Assembly: GCA_963755025.1 (NCBI GenBank)
Contig: CAVWIH010000032.1
Location: 1 to 58,563 of the forward strand
Origin: an uncultured Actinomycetes bacterium
Lineage (GTDB): Bacteria; Actinomycetota; Thermoleophilia; UBA2241
Reading direction: 5' to 3'
DNA: 58,563 nt
Shown: positions 47,984 through 56,611 of the stretch, piece after piece
Layout: each line of letters begins with the position of its first letter
Position numbering within the stretch: the first letter of the stretch is position 1
Position numbers and translations under genes: made by a program
The notes under the pieces: generated by a model
Told to the model about the DNA's origin: nothing
Database searches by the model: none
Seen by the model: the letters and a program-made list of their open reading frames with translations, nothing else

Positions 47984-49210
47984 ATGGCCACGTTCGCATA
48001 CAAGGCTCTCGACGGTCGGGGCGCCACGGCGTCGGGCCAAGTCGACGGCGACAACAAGGCCGCCGTCGCGGCGGGCTTGCGTAACCGAGGCCTGACCATT
48101 GTCGACATCAACGAGGTCAAGACGAGCATCACTAAGGTCGACCTCTTTGCCTCATTTGAGCGCGTCAAGCCGAAGGACCTCACTGTCTTTTCACGCCAGT
48201 TCGCGACCATGATCAACTCCGGACTCGCGATGCTGAGGGCGCTCACGGTGCTCGAGGAGCAGACCGAGAACAAGAAACTGGCGAGTGTGCTCGGCGAGGT
48301 TCGGGTCGACGTGGAGGCGGGCTTGTCGCTGTCCGACTCGCTCGAGAAGCACCCAAAGGTGTTCTCGCCTCTGTATGTCAACATGGTGCGGGCGGGAGAG
48401 ATCGGCGGCATCATGGACGAGGTCCTGAACCGCCTCGCGACGCAGCTCGAAAAGGACGACAGCATCAGAAGGTCGATCAAGTCGGCGATGACCTACCCGA
48501 TCGTTATCGCCTCGTTTGCGCTCATCGTACTCACGGGCATGGTCATGTTCCTGGTTCCGGTGTTCGCGAGCATCTACAAAGAGGCCGGCAGCAACGCCAA
48601 GCTGCCGATGCTGACCAGGATCATGTCGAGCATCTCCACTACCATGCGAAGCTGGAAGGGCCTGATCGTCTTCGTAGTGATCATAGGCCTCGTCGTTCTG
48701 ATCCGCTGGCTCAAGCACACGAAGCAGGGTACCGAGGCGTGGGACCGTTTCAAACTGCGCATCCCGATGGGCATCGGCGAGGTCGTCCGCAAGATAGTCG
48801 TGGCAAGGTTCTCGCGCACTCTCTCCACATTGGTGTCGGCCGGTGTGCCCATCCTCCAGGCCATCGACATCACAGGCAAGTCTGCCGGCAACGTGGTCGT
48901 CGAACACGCCATGGAAGCGGTGCAGACGAGCGTGAAGGAGGGGCAGACTATCTCGGCGCCACTCAAAGACTCTGGTGTGTTTCCTGACATGGTCGTGCAG
49001 ATGCTTGCCGTGGGCGAAGAGACAGGGGCTCTTGACAGCATGCTGCAGAAGGTCGCCGACTTCTACGACGACGAGGTGGCCGCCGCGGTCAAGTCGCTGA
49101 CGTCCATCATCGAGCCGATCATGATGATCGGCGTCGGAACTATTGTCGGTCTGGTCGTCATCTCGATGTACCTGCCGATCTTCGATATGATGAACGTCAT
49201 CAAGCAGTAG
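47984..49210 (+). CDS. pilC: Type IV pilus platform protein (GspF family)
   Basis: GGAGG SD; FSRQFATM, AGEIGG, AMTYP, VGEETG, IEP, MYLPIF. Confidence 0.95.
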   Translation: MATFAYKALDGRGATASGQVDGDNKAAVAAGLRNRGLTIVDINEVKTSITKVDLFASFERVKPKDLTVFSRQFATMINSGLAMLRALTVLEEQTENKKLASVLGEVRVDVEAGLSLSDSLEKHPKVFSPLYVNMVRAGEIGGIMDEVLNRLATQLEKDDSIRRSIKSAMTYPIVIASFALIVLTGMVMFLVPVFASIYKEAGSNAKLPMLTRIMSSISTTMRSWKGLIVFVVIIGLVVLIRWLKHTKQGTEAWDRFKLRIPMGIGEVVRKIVVARFSRTLSTLVSAGVPILQAIDITGKSAGNVVVEHAMEAVQTSVKEGQTISAPLKDSGVFPDMVVQMLAVGEETGALDSMLQKVADFYDDEVAAAVKSLTSIIEPIMMIGVGTIVGLVVISMYLPIFDMMNVIKQ

Positions 49211-49231
49211 CGCGCGCCTCCGAGGCACCCC

Positions 49232-49972
49232 TTGAAAAACGAGCAGTTGGTAGCCGACTACGCGGCCACCCGCTCAGTAGTCAGCCTCGATCAGATCGTG
49301 CGCGACAACCAGGGGTTGCTGCACCACGTCCTCAAGCGCTTCGCGACCGCCGATGAGCCCTACGAAGACCTCCTGCAGGTCGCCAACCTGGGCCTCATCA
49401 AGGCGGTCCAGCGCTTCGATCCCGACAAAGGCGTGCGGTTCTCGACCTACGCCGTGCCGGTCGTCGAGGGCGAGGTGCGCCACCACCTGCGCGACTCGCT
49501 GCTGCTGCGCCAGCCGCGCTGGGTCAAGAAGATCTACCACGAGATCGAAGACGCCGTCGGGGTGCTCACCAAAAAGCTCGGGCGCCCGCCGCACCTGAGC
49601 GAGATCGCCGCCGAGCTCAACATCAGCGAGGCCGGCATCCTCGAGGTCCTCAACGTCTACGCGCGCATCGACCTGCAGGGGCTGCCCGAAAGCTACGCCG
49701 ACGGCGCCGACGGGCGCGCCGCCGACGCCGCCGAGGTGCACTCGCTGCACCTTACGTCGTTCTCGCTGCCGATCGAAGACCGCATCGCCCTCTACGATGC
49801 CCTCGATCGGCTCACCGCCTTTCAGCGCAAGCTGATCTACCTGCTCTTCTTTCGCGAGTTCACCCAGCACGAGGTGGCGGCCGCCCTGGGCCTCACCCAG
49901 AAGAAGGTCTCGCGCGAGTCGATCAAGGCCCTGGCGCGGCTCAAGCAGGTCATGACGCGTCGCGTCTTTTAG
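49232..49972 (+). CDS. SigB/SigF-family sigma factor inside the pilus cluster
   Basis: EDLLQVANLGLIKAVQRFDPDKGVRFSTYA..VEGEVRHHLRD; region 4 TQHEVAAALGLTQKKVSR. Confidence 0.88.
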   Translation: MKNEQLVADYAATRSVVSLDQIVRDNQGLLHHVLKRFATADEPYEDLLQVANLGLIKAVQRFDPDKGVRFSTYAVPVVEGEVRHHLRDSLLLRQPRWVKKIYHEIEDAVGVLTKKLGRPPHLSEIAAELNISEAGILEVLNVYARIDLQGLPESYADGADGRAADAAEVHSLHLTSFSLPIEDRIALYDALDRLTAFQRKLIYLLFFREFTQHEVAAALGLTQKKVSRESIKALARLKQVMTRRVF

Positions 49973-50128
49973 GCGGCGTCCGAGCGGGAGCGAGCTCCCG
50001 GCACGACCGCCGCCACGTCGGCGACCTGCGCGGCGACCACACCGCCACCCTCGCTTACTCGAGCCCGGCACGGACCGCGGCGCCCGGCACAGACCGACCC
50101 TCTGGAGGCCCTCGCGGGCGGTAACTCC

Positions 50129-50157
50129 TAAAGAGATACGACCCCTCGGCCCGATAT
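50129..50157 (+). promoter_or_regulatory. Sigma28/WhiG-type promoter for the riboswitch-pilin transcript
   Basis: (C)TAAA-N17-CCCGATAT; spacer 1-2 nt long. Confidence 0.5.
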
Positions 50158-50230
50158 ATGAAAACGCATCGGCAGACGGGCCCAAAGAAAAGTGTCTAAG
50201 GCTTCAGAAGGTGGGCAACCTAGTTACGAA

Positions 50231-50310
50231 GGCGAAAAGGCAAACCGTCCGTGAGGGCGGGGCGCAAAGCCACAGGACTCCTGTCAAGAAGAGTCGGCTG
50301 GGTTGCCGCC
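50231..50310 (+). ncRNA. c-di-GMP-I (GEMM-I) riboswitch aptamer
   Basis: P1 GGCG/CGCC; GGCAAACC-GTCC-GTGA(GNRA)-GGGCGG-GGCGCAAAGCC...GGGTTGCC; G at the discriminator position (50239). Confidence 0.9.
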
Positions 50311-50333
50311 GCAGCGAAGGTACGACGCTGACG

Positions 50334-50371
50334 GACCTGTGGTTGCCGGAGAGGCATCACGGGTCTTTTTT
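50334..50371 (+). terminator. Intrinsic terminator forming the riboswitch expression platform
   Basis: GACCTGTGGTTGCC-GGAGA-GGCATCACGGGTC followed by T6. Confidence 0.85.
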
Positions 50372-50436
50372 CGTGGTCTCTCTCGATGCAAGGTTTGTAA
50401 GGTTTACCACGAGTCTCTAAGGAGGTGACAATCCAC

Positions 50437-50832
50437 ATGAAGCGTTTTTCCAGAGGTCAAAAGGGTTTCACGCTGATCGAGCTCCTGATCGTCATCATCA
50501 TCATCGGTATCCTGGCCGCCATCGCCATCCCGATGTTCCTGACCCAGCGCAACAAGGCTAAAGACGCAGCGGTCAAGGAGGGCATCCACAGCATCCAGAT
50601 CGGCATCCAGAGCTACGCGGTCGACAACAGCGACACGTATCCGGCCGCCGCCCAGGTCAGCCAGGCGACCCTCACGGGTTACGTCGACAACTGGCCCAAG
50701 AACCCGTTCCAGCCGAGCGGCACGTTGATGAGCGAAGGCTCAGGTAAGGGGCAGTACAACTACACGACGCCCGCCAGCAACACGTTCCGCCTCGTGGGCC
50801 ACATGACCAGCACCGACTTCACGGTGCCCTGA
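50437..50832 (+). CDS. pilA: Type IVa major pilin
   Basis: AAGGAGGTGA SD; class III signal KG|FTLIELL; 121-aa mature chain. Confidence 0.93.
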   Translation: MKRFSRGQKGFTLIELLIVIIIIGILAAIAIPMFLTQRNKAKDAAVKEGIHSIQIGIQSYAVDNSDTYPAAAQVSQATLTGYVDNWPKNPFQPSGTLMSEGSGKGQYNYTTPASNTFRLVGHMTSTDFTVP

Positions 50833-50861
50833 GCCCCAATGGCCAGGGGGACCTGCGGCCA

Positions 50862-50904
50862 AAGCGAGGGGAGAAGCTCCCCGTACGAGCTGCTCCCCTC
50901 GCTT
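50862..50904 (+). terminator. Stem-loop between the two pilin genes
   Basis: AAGCGAGGGGAG / CTCCCCTCGCTT 12-bp stem plus inner AGCTC/GAGCT. Confidence 0.65.
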
Positions 50905-51045
50905 CTTCGTGAGAAGACGGCCAGCGGGTGGGGGACGGCGCAAGGCTCCATGGGCGATTGCCTGTCCCGGCCGCGGCGATGTGGGCAGACTGTAGGTAGA
51001 GGGGCGGCGAACAGGTCGCCGGTCATCATCAGAGGGAGGGCGACG

Positions 51046-51444
51046 ATGAAACGGGGGCAACGCGGCTTCACGCTCATCGAGCTCCTGATCGTCATCATCA
51101 TCGTCGGTATCCTGGCGGCCATCGCCATCCCGATGTTCCTGAGCCAGCGCAACAAGGCCAAGGATGCTGCGGTCAAGGGCGGCGTGCACAACATCGAGCT
51201 CGGCATCGCCAGCTATGCCATCGACAACGCCGACTACTATCCGGCCACCGGCCAGGTATCTCCGACGACACTGATCGACTCGAGCGGCAAGTGCTATGTC
51301 GACAACTGGCCCAACAACCCGTGGACCAGCGTGCCGATGCAGAACTCGACGAGCAACGGCGACTACACCTACACGCAGCTCGGCGGCGGATCCGGCTTCA
51401 CGCTCGTGGGGCACATGACGACCGGCGGGTTCACCGTTCCCTGA
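51046..51444 (+). CDS. Second type IVa pilin, paralogue of the upstream pilin
   Basis: GGAGG SD; RG|FTLIELL; shares [17 protein letters not shown] and LVGHMT..FTVP with pilA. Confidence 0.92.
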   Translation: MKRGQRGFTLIELLIVIIIVGILAAIAIPMFLSQRNKAKDAAVKGGVHNIELGIASYAIDNADYYPATGQVSPTTLIDSSGKCYVDNWPNNPWTSVPMQNSTSNGDYTYTQLGGGSGFTLVGHMTTGGFTVP

Positions 51445-51542
51445 GCCCGCCCTCGAGGCGCCGCGGCCCGCCGGCCGTGGCCGCCCTCGCGCTCGCCGCC
51501 TTTCGTGGCTGCCGCCACGACCGTCGCGGACCCCTCGAGGGC

Positions 51543-51569
51543 TAAAGGTTTTTCGCTTCGTTCCGAAGA
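51543..51569 (+). promoter_or_regulatory. Sigma28/WhiG-type promoter for the ABC-pilD unit
   Basis: (C)TAAA-N15-TCCGAAGA. Confidence 0.45.
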
Positions 51570-51660
51570 AATCTGCATGCGGGCAGCAGAGACAACCGTG
51601 CGCACAGCTACTTCGAGAGAGCGGGAGACCATCGCCGACACTCAGGACACTCGCGGCAGC

Positions 51661-52371
51661 ATGCTCGCCGTGCGCGATCTCTACAAGACGGTGGTGGTCG
51701 GGTTCCGGCGGCGCAGGGTCGACATACTGAACGGCGTCGACTTCGAGGTCCGCCAGGGCGAGGTGTTCGGCCTGCTGGGCCCCAACGGGGCCGGCAAGAC
51801 CACCACGCTCAAGGTGGTCATCGGTCTCATGCGCCCCACGAGCGGTTCCGTCACGCTCGGCGTCGACGGCCTGGGCGAGCTCGGCTACCTGCCCGAGAAC
51901 CCCTACTTCTACGACTATCTCACCGGCCGCGAGTTCCTGCGGTTCTGCGCGCGCCTGTTCTCGCTCGATGCCGGCGAGCGCGAGGAGCGCATCGCCGCCA
52001 TCCTCGGCGACGTCGGTCTCGAGCGCGCCGCCGGGGTGCAGTTGCGCAAGTACTCAAAAGGCATGCTGCAGCGCATCGGCATAGCCCAGGCGCTCATCAA
52101 CGAACCCCGCTTCGTGCTGCTCGACGAGCCCATGACCGGGCTCGACCCGGTCGGCAGGGTCGAGGTCAAAGAGATCATTCAGCGGTTGCACGAGCGTGGC
52201 ACCACCGTGCTCTTCAACTCGCACATCCTCGCCGACGTGGCCGCGCTATGCACGCGCATCGCCATCATGCGCGGCGGCCGCGTCATCTGGCAGGGCGCCG
52301 TGACCGACGCCCTGGCGACCGACCCGCACGGCGACCTCGAGAGCTTCTTCATGGAGGTGGTGCGCTCGTGA
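51661..52371 (+). CDS. ABC transporter ATPase, pilus-associated (Myxococcus PilH-like; start uncertain)
   Basis: GPNGAGKTT, LPENPYFYDYLT, YSKGMLQR, LDEPMTGLDP. Confidence 0.9.
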   Translation: MLAVRDLYKTVVVGFRRRRVDILNGVDFEVRQGEVFGLLGPNGAGKTTTLKVVIGLMRPTSGSVTLGVDGLGELGYLPENPYFYDYLTGREFLRFCARLFSLDAGEREERIAAILGDVGLERAAGVQLRKYSKGMLQRIGIAQALINEPRFVLLDEPMTGLDPVGRVEVKEIIQRLHERGTTVLFNSHILADVAALCTRIAIMRGGRVIWQGAVTDALATDPHGDLESFFMEVVRS

Positions 52372-53132
52372 AGCGCGTCGCGGCGGTCGCCGTCAACACC
52401 TTCCGCGAGACCATCCGCGACCGCATCCTGGGCGTCATCATCCTGTTCGCCCTGGCCATGATCGTCGCGGGCCTGTGGCTGGCGAGCATCAGCCTCGGCC
52501 AGGAAGACCGCATGATCAAAGACTTCGGCCTCGTGGCGATCAGCCTCTTCGGGCTGATCGTGGCGGCTTTCGTGGCCGCGAGCCTGGTGCGCAAAGAGGT
52601 CGAAAAGCGCACGGTCTTCATCATCTTCTCCAAGCCGGTCTCGCGCAGCGAGTTCATCTGGGGCAAGTTCATCGGCTTGGCGAGCACCATGTTCACCGTC
52701 CTCGCCGGCATGACCGTCTTTCTGTTCTGTCTGGCCTGGGTCGTGTCCAAGAGCCCGTCGGGCTCGCTGCTCCTGGCGGGCGTGATGATCTTCCTGCAGC
52801 TCCTCGTCGTCATGGCCATGACCATGCTCTTCTCGACCATGACGTCGGCCATCCTGGCGAGCGTCTGGGGCATCTGCGTGTACGTCTCCGGTCAGCTCAG
52901 CCACAACGTGCTGTCGCTGTCGCGCTCGGGGCACAGCGCCGTCGCGCACGCGCTGTCGACCGTCGTCTTCTACCTCGTCCCCAACCTGAGCGCCGTCGAC
53001 CTGCGCGCCGCGGTGGCCGGCGAAGGGTCGGCGTCGTGGCCGCACCTCGCCGCGTGGTGCGTCTACCTGGTGGCCTACCTCGTCATCGCGCTCATGGCGG
53101 CCACCTGGATCTTCCGCCGCAAGGAGTTCTAG
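52368..53132 (+). CDS. ABC-2 type permease, pilus-associated (PilI-like)
   Basis: AVNTFRETIRDR, KEVEKRT..IFSKPVSR..GKFIG, about 6 TM helices, FRRKEF end. Confidence 0.88.
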   Translation: MKRVAAVAVNTFRETIRDRILGVIILFALAMIVAGLWLASISLGQEDRMIKDFGLVAISLFGLIVAAFVAASLVRKEVEKRTVFIIFSKPVSRSEFIWGKFIGLASTMFTVLAGMTVFLFCLAWVVSKSPSGSLLLAGVMIFLQLLVVMAMTMLFSTMTSAILASVWGICVYVSGQLSHNVLSLSRSGHSAVAHALSTVVFYLVPNLSAVDLRAAVAGEGSASWPHLAAWCVYLVAYLVIALMAATWIFRRKEF

Positions 53133-53133
53133 C

Positions 53134-53883
53134 GTGCGCCTGTTGCGCCGCGTCGCCGCCGTCGCGCTCGTCGCGCTCTGCGTGGGCGTGGTCGTCGCCT
53201 ACCAGGCGAACCGGCCCGCCGCCGCGACCCCCGACCCGGTCGTCTTCGTGCCGTCTCCGGGTTTCTACAAGGACTTCTCGCCCAGCGTCAGGGCGACCAT
53301 CGCCGACGTCTACTGGCTCTACGCCATCCAGTATTACGGCGAGCACGCCTACTCCGACCACCGGCTCGACTCGCTGCCCGCCATGGTGCAGCTCGTGACC
53401 ACGCTCAGCCCGCACTTCAGGCAGGCCTACTTCTCGGGGGCCTTCGCCATGCTCGACGCGGGCCGCCCCGACGTCGCCTACAGCATGCTCGAGCGCGGCT
53501 TTCGCGCCAACCCCTCCGACTGGCATTTCCCGTCGTACCTCGGCTTCTTCGCCTACGCCTACGGCAAAGGCGCCCACGCCGACGTGGTCGCAGCGGAGTG
53601 GTATGCGAGGGCAGCCCGGTTGCCGGGCGCCCCTGCGTTCGTCTCGCGTCTGGCGGCCGAGCTTGCCGCCAAGGGCAACGAGACCAAGACGTCGATCGAC
53701 CTCTGGACCCAGGTGTGGTGCCAGGGCGACAAGTACGCCCAGCAAAAGGCCGTGGCCGCCCTCAACGGGCTGCTACCCAAAGACAAGGGCGCTCGCGAGA
53801 AGGCCGTGGCCGGTCTCGAAAACACTGTGCCGCACGCGATGTTCGCACAGTTCGTCGCCGCGCTCTTCCAGGGCTACCAGTGA
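53134..53883 (+). CDS. Membrane-anchored helical/TPR-like protein (PilG/XapA-like, tentative)
   Basis: N-terminal TM; IADVYWLYAIQYYG, LSPHF..AY, LERG..NP.DW; third gene of the ABC module. Confidence 0.6.
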   Translation: MRLLRRVAAVALVALCVGVVVAYQANRPAAATPDPVVFVPSPGFYKDFSPSVRATIADVYWLYAIQYYGEHAYSDHRLDSLPAMVQLVTTLSPHFRQAYFSGAFAMLDAGRPDVAYSMLERGFRANPSDWHFPSYLGFFAYAYGKGAHADVVAAEWYARAARLPGAPAFVSRLAAELAAKGNETKTSIDLWTQVWCQGDKYAQQKAVAALNGLLPKDKGAREKAVAGLENTVPHAMFAQFVAALFQGYQ

Positions 53884-53916
53884 CGGCCCGCAGGGCGTCA
53901 GGCCGGGGGGCATAGC

Positions 53917-54694
53917 GTGCTCTACGGTTACGTCATCGTCGTCTCGGGCGTCTTCGGTCTGCTCATAGGCAGCTTTCTGAACGCCTGCGCCTACCGGCTG
54001 CCGCTCGGCATCAGCATCGCCTACGGGCGCTCGTTCTGCCCCGTCTGCACCGTGCAGATCCGCGCCGTCGACAACGTGCCGCTGCTGTCCTGGGCGGTCC
54101 TGCGCGGGCGCTGCCGCTCGTGCGGCACGTCGATCAGCTGGCGCTACCCGGCGGTCGAAGCGCTCACCGCGGTGCTGTTCGCCGCGGTCGCAGCGGTCAC
54201 CGGACCGGGTGCCCTGCTGCCGCTGCAGCTGCTGTTCGTGGCCGCTCTGGTGCTGGTGAGCGACATCGACATCGCCGAGCGCATCATCCCCGACGTCGTC
54301 ATCCTGCCCGTCGGCCTGATCGGCCTCGTGGGCATGACCGATCCTCGCGCCGGGTGGCGGGCCACGCTGGGTGTGGCTCGCCTCGGGCCTCGGCGCGGCC
54401 GGCCTGCTGTTCGGCATCGGGTGGCTCTACGAACGGCTGCGCGGCGTGCAGGGCATGGGTTTCGGCGACGTGAAGCTCGCCCTGTGCATGGGCTTCTTCC
54501 TGGGCGCCGCCGTCATCCCGGCGCTGTTCATCGGCTTCATCGCCGGGGCCGTCGCCGGCGTCGTGCTGCTGTCGCGCGGAGAGGGCGGCAAGACCGCCAT
54601 CCCCTTCGGCCCCTTCCTGGCGTTCGGCGCTGTCGTGGCGCTGCTCTGCGGGCACCAGCTCATCGAGTTGTACCTGCACGTCGCCCTGCGCTAG
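53917..54694 (+). CDS. pilD: Prepilin peptidase (extra base near 54340-54365)
   Basis: GSFLN, two CxxC, YPAVE, DIDIAERIIPD, GMGFGDVKL, IPFGPFL. Confidence 0.93.
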
Positions 54695-54990
54695 CGACCT
54701 GCGCGCCGGCTGCGCGCGCCGCAGACCGGGTCGGCGCGCTCCGCGATCCAGGCTGCGCTCCGCGGCGACCCCGGCCGCGCGCTGCGGCGACCCGAACCGC
54801 GGGCCTGAGCAACGTCGGCTGCGCTTCGCGGCCCACCGTCATCCCTCGCCTGCGGCAACGTGAACGCGTACCCTCGCCCATGACCTCGCGAAGGGCGACG
54901 GCGCGGCGCTAGCATCGGGAGTGCCGGAACGCCGGCCGCCCCGCCGGCCTTCCGGCGCTCTCGTCCGTCCCCTTTTCGCGCGAGGCCTTC

Positions 54991-55431
54991 ATGCAACGTG
55001 GTCATACCATGCCCGAATTGCTCGTCGCCCTGGTCGTCGCGGCCACGCTCGCCGGCATCGCCGTGCCGGGCATCGCGTGGGTCGAAGGTCGTGCCGCCGT
55101 CAGGTCCGACGCCCGGTCGCTGGCGCTCGCCTTACGGTGCGCGCAGGCGCGCGCCGCCATGTCGGGCGCCACCGTGACCGTTCGCCTCGACGACCAGGGG
55201 CGCGGCTACGTCTGCGAGCAGGCGACCAGCTCGGGCGCCACCATCCTCGAGCGCGGCGCGTTCCACGGCCCCTGCGCCACCAATTACCCCGGCAACGCCG
55301 TCGAGTTCGGCGCCTGGGGGTGGCCGTGCGGCCTCTCCGGCGACCCTCGCGCCGGCAGCTTCACGTTCTCCAGCCACGGTGTCGAAGCGGCGGTCGTGCT
55401 GCAGATGGGCGGGCGGGTCCGGTGGCAGTAG
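54991..55431 (+). CDS. FimT/GspH-like minor pilin
   Basis: MQRG|HTMPELLVALVV..AGIAVP; VEFGAWGWP..AGS; VVLQMGGRVR end. Confidence 0.8.
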   Translation: MQRGHTMPELLVALVVAATLAGIAVPGIAWVEGRAAVRSDARSLALALRCAQARAAMSGATVTVRLDDQGRGYVCEQATSSGATILERGAFHGPCATNYPGNAVEFGAWGWPCGLSGDPRAGSFTFSSHGVEAAVVLQMGGRVRWQ

Positions 55432-56009
55432 GGCAGCGCGCCATGACCCTGATCGAGGCCGTGGTCGCCGGCGCCGTCGTGCTGCTGGTCGTGGCTGCGG
55501 CGTCCAGCGCCGTCGCGGCCGTCGACCAGCTGACCGCCCGCGTCGACGAGCGCGACGCCGCCGAAGCCCAGGTAGCCGCCACCCTCGAGCAGCTGCGCAG
55601 CCTGCCGTTCGCCGGCGCCGGTGGGGCAGAGGGGGGCGACCTGTTGTCGTGCGTCTTCCCGCACGCCGACGCCGCGCGCAACTCAGCCGACGCCGCCTAT
55701 CACGACACGGCTCTCGCCGGCCAGCCGGCCGGCACGTTCCTCACCATCAAGCAGACGGCATGCGGCCCCGAGACCATCGCCGCCACCTTCGCCGTCGGAA
55801 CACCGTCCGGATTCACGCCGGTGGCCGTCGCGCGCCTGGCCGGCTACGACGCCCAGAGCGCACGCGTACTGCCCGCGACCGCGCTGCTCCTGCGCATCTC
55901 GCTCGACTGGCACAGCGGCGCGCACACCGGGCTCGTCGAACGCACCATGGTGGTCGCTGCCCGGATCGGCACGTCCGGTGCCCCGGCGCCGTCTGCGAGC
56001 CCAACGTGA
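55422..56009 (+). CDS. PilV-like minor pilin
   Basis: GQRA|MTLIEAVVA hydrophobic helix; LEQLRSLPF. Confidence 0.72.
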   Translation: MAVGQRAMTLIEAVVAGAVVLLVVAAASSAVAAVDQLTARVDERDAAEAQVAATLEQLRSLPFAGAGGAEGGDLLSCVFPHADAARNSADAAYHDTALAGQPAGTFLTIKQTACGPETIAATFAVGTPSGFTPVAVARLAGYDAQSARVLPATALLLRISLDWHSGAHTGLVERTMVVAARIGTSGAPAPSASPT

Positions 56010-56611
56010 CCGCCGGCCGCCTTCGTCGCGCGCCGCGACCACGCCTCGGACGGCGGCCGTGTGGCGACCTCGTGGTCCACTCGCCCATGGCGTGCGGCTT
56101 CAGCCTCATCGAGCTGCTCGTCGCCACCGCGATCACCGCCGTCATCCTCGCCGGCGGGTGGGCCTGGTGCTGGTCGCTTACCGGCTGGTGCGCGAGCTCG
56201 AGCGAGCGGCTCGACGCGGCCACGTCGCTGGCCTTCGCCCGGCGCCTCACCAGCGCCGAGCTGGGCGAATGCCGGGCGCTCCTCGCCGATCAATCGGTGC
56301 CCTGCTCGGTGAGCGGCATGGCCTTTGCCGTGCCGTCCGACGACGGCCCCGAGACCGTCACCTACTCCTACGACGCCGTCCGGCAGGTGTTGTGGCGCAA
56401 AGCCCCGAGCGCGCACATCGCCGAAGGCGTCGAGGGCTTCACCATCTCTTACTTCGATGCTCAGGGGCGCCCGCTGGCGCCCGCCCCCGACGGCGTGCTG
56501 CCCAACGCCGACCTCACGCTCGTGCGGCGCGTCGCGTTCTGGGCGCGGGTGCGCTGCGCTTCGCAGACCGAGCAGGCGAGCTGGCAGGTCTGCCTGCCGG
56601 CGTCGTCATGA
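56006..56611 (+). CDS. PilW-like minor pilin (start uncertain)
   Basis: CG|FSLIELLVA; VTYSYD..LWRK..IAEGV..FTISYFDAQG..VRRV. Confidence 0.78.
   Translation: MTAGRLRRAPRPRLGRRPCGDLVVHSPMACGFSLIELLVATAITAVILAGGWAWCWSLTGWCASSSERLDAATSLAFARRLTSAELGECRALLADQSVPCSVSGMAFAVPSDDGPETVTYSYDAVRQVLWRKAPSAHIAEGVEGFTISYFDAQGRPLAPAPDGVLPNADLTLVRRVAFWARVRCASQTEQASWQVCLPASS

Noticed and set aside
49234-49260. GAAA-N15-GCCGACTA possible sigma28 promoter
   Set aside because: Lacks TAAAG and overlaps the sigma gene start, so it is too weak to call.
50231-50310. cGAMP-sensing GEMM-Ib variant as in Geobacter
   Set aside because: The discriminator position (50239) is G, not A.
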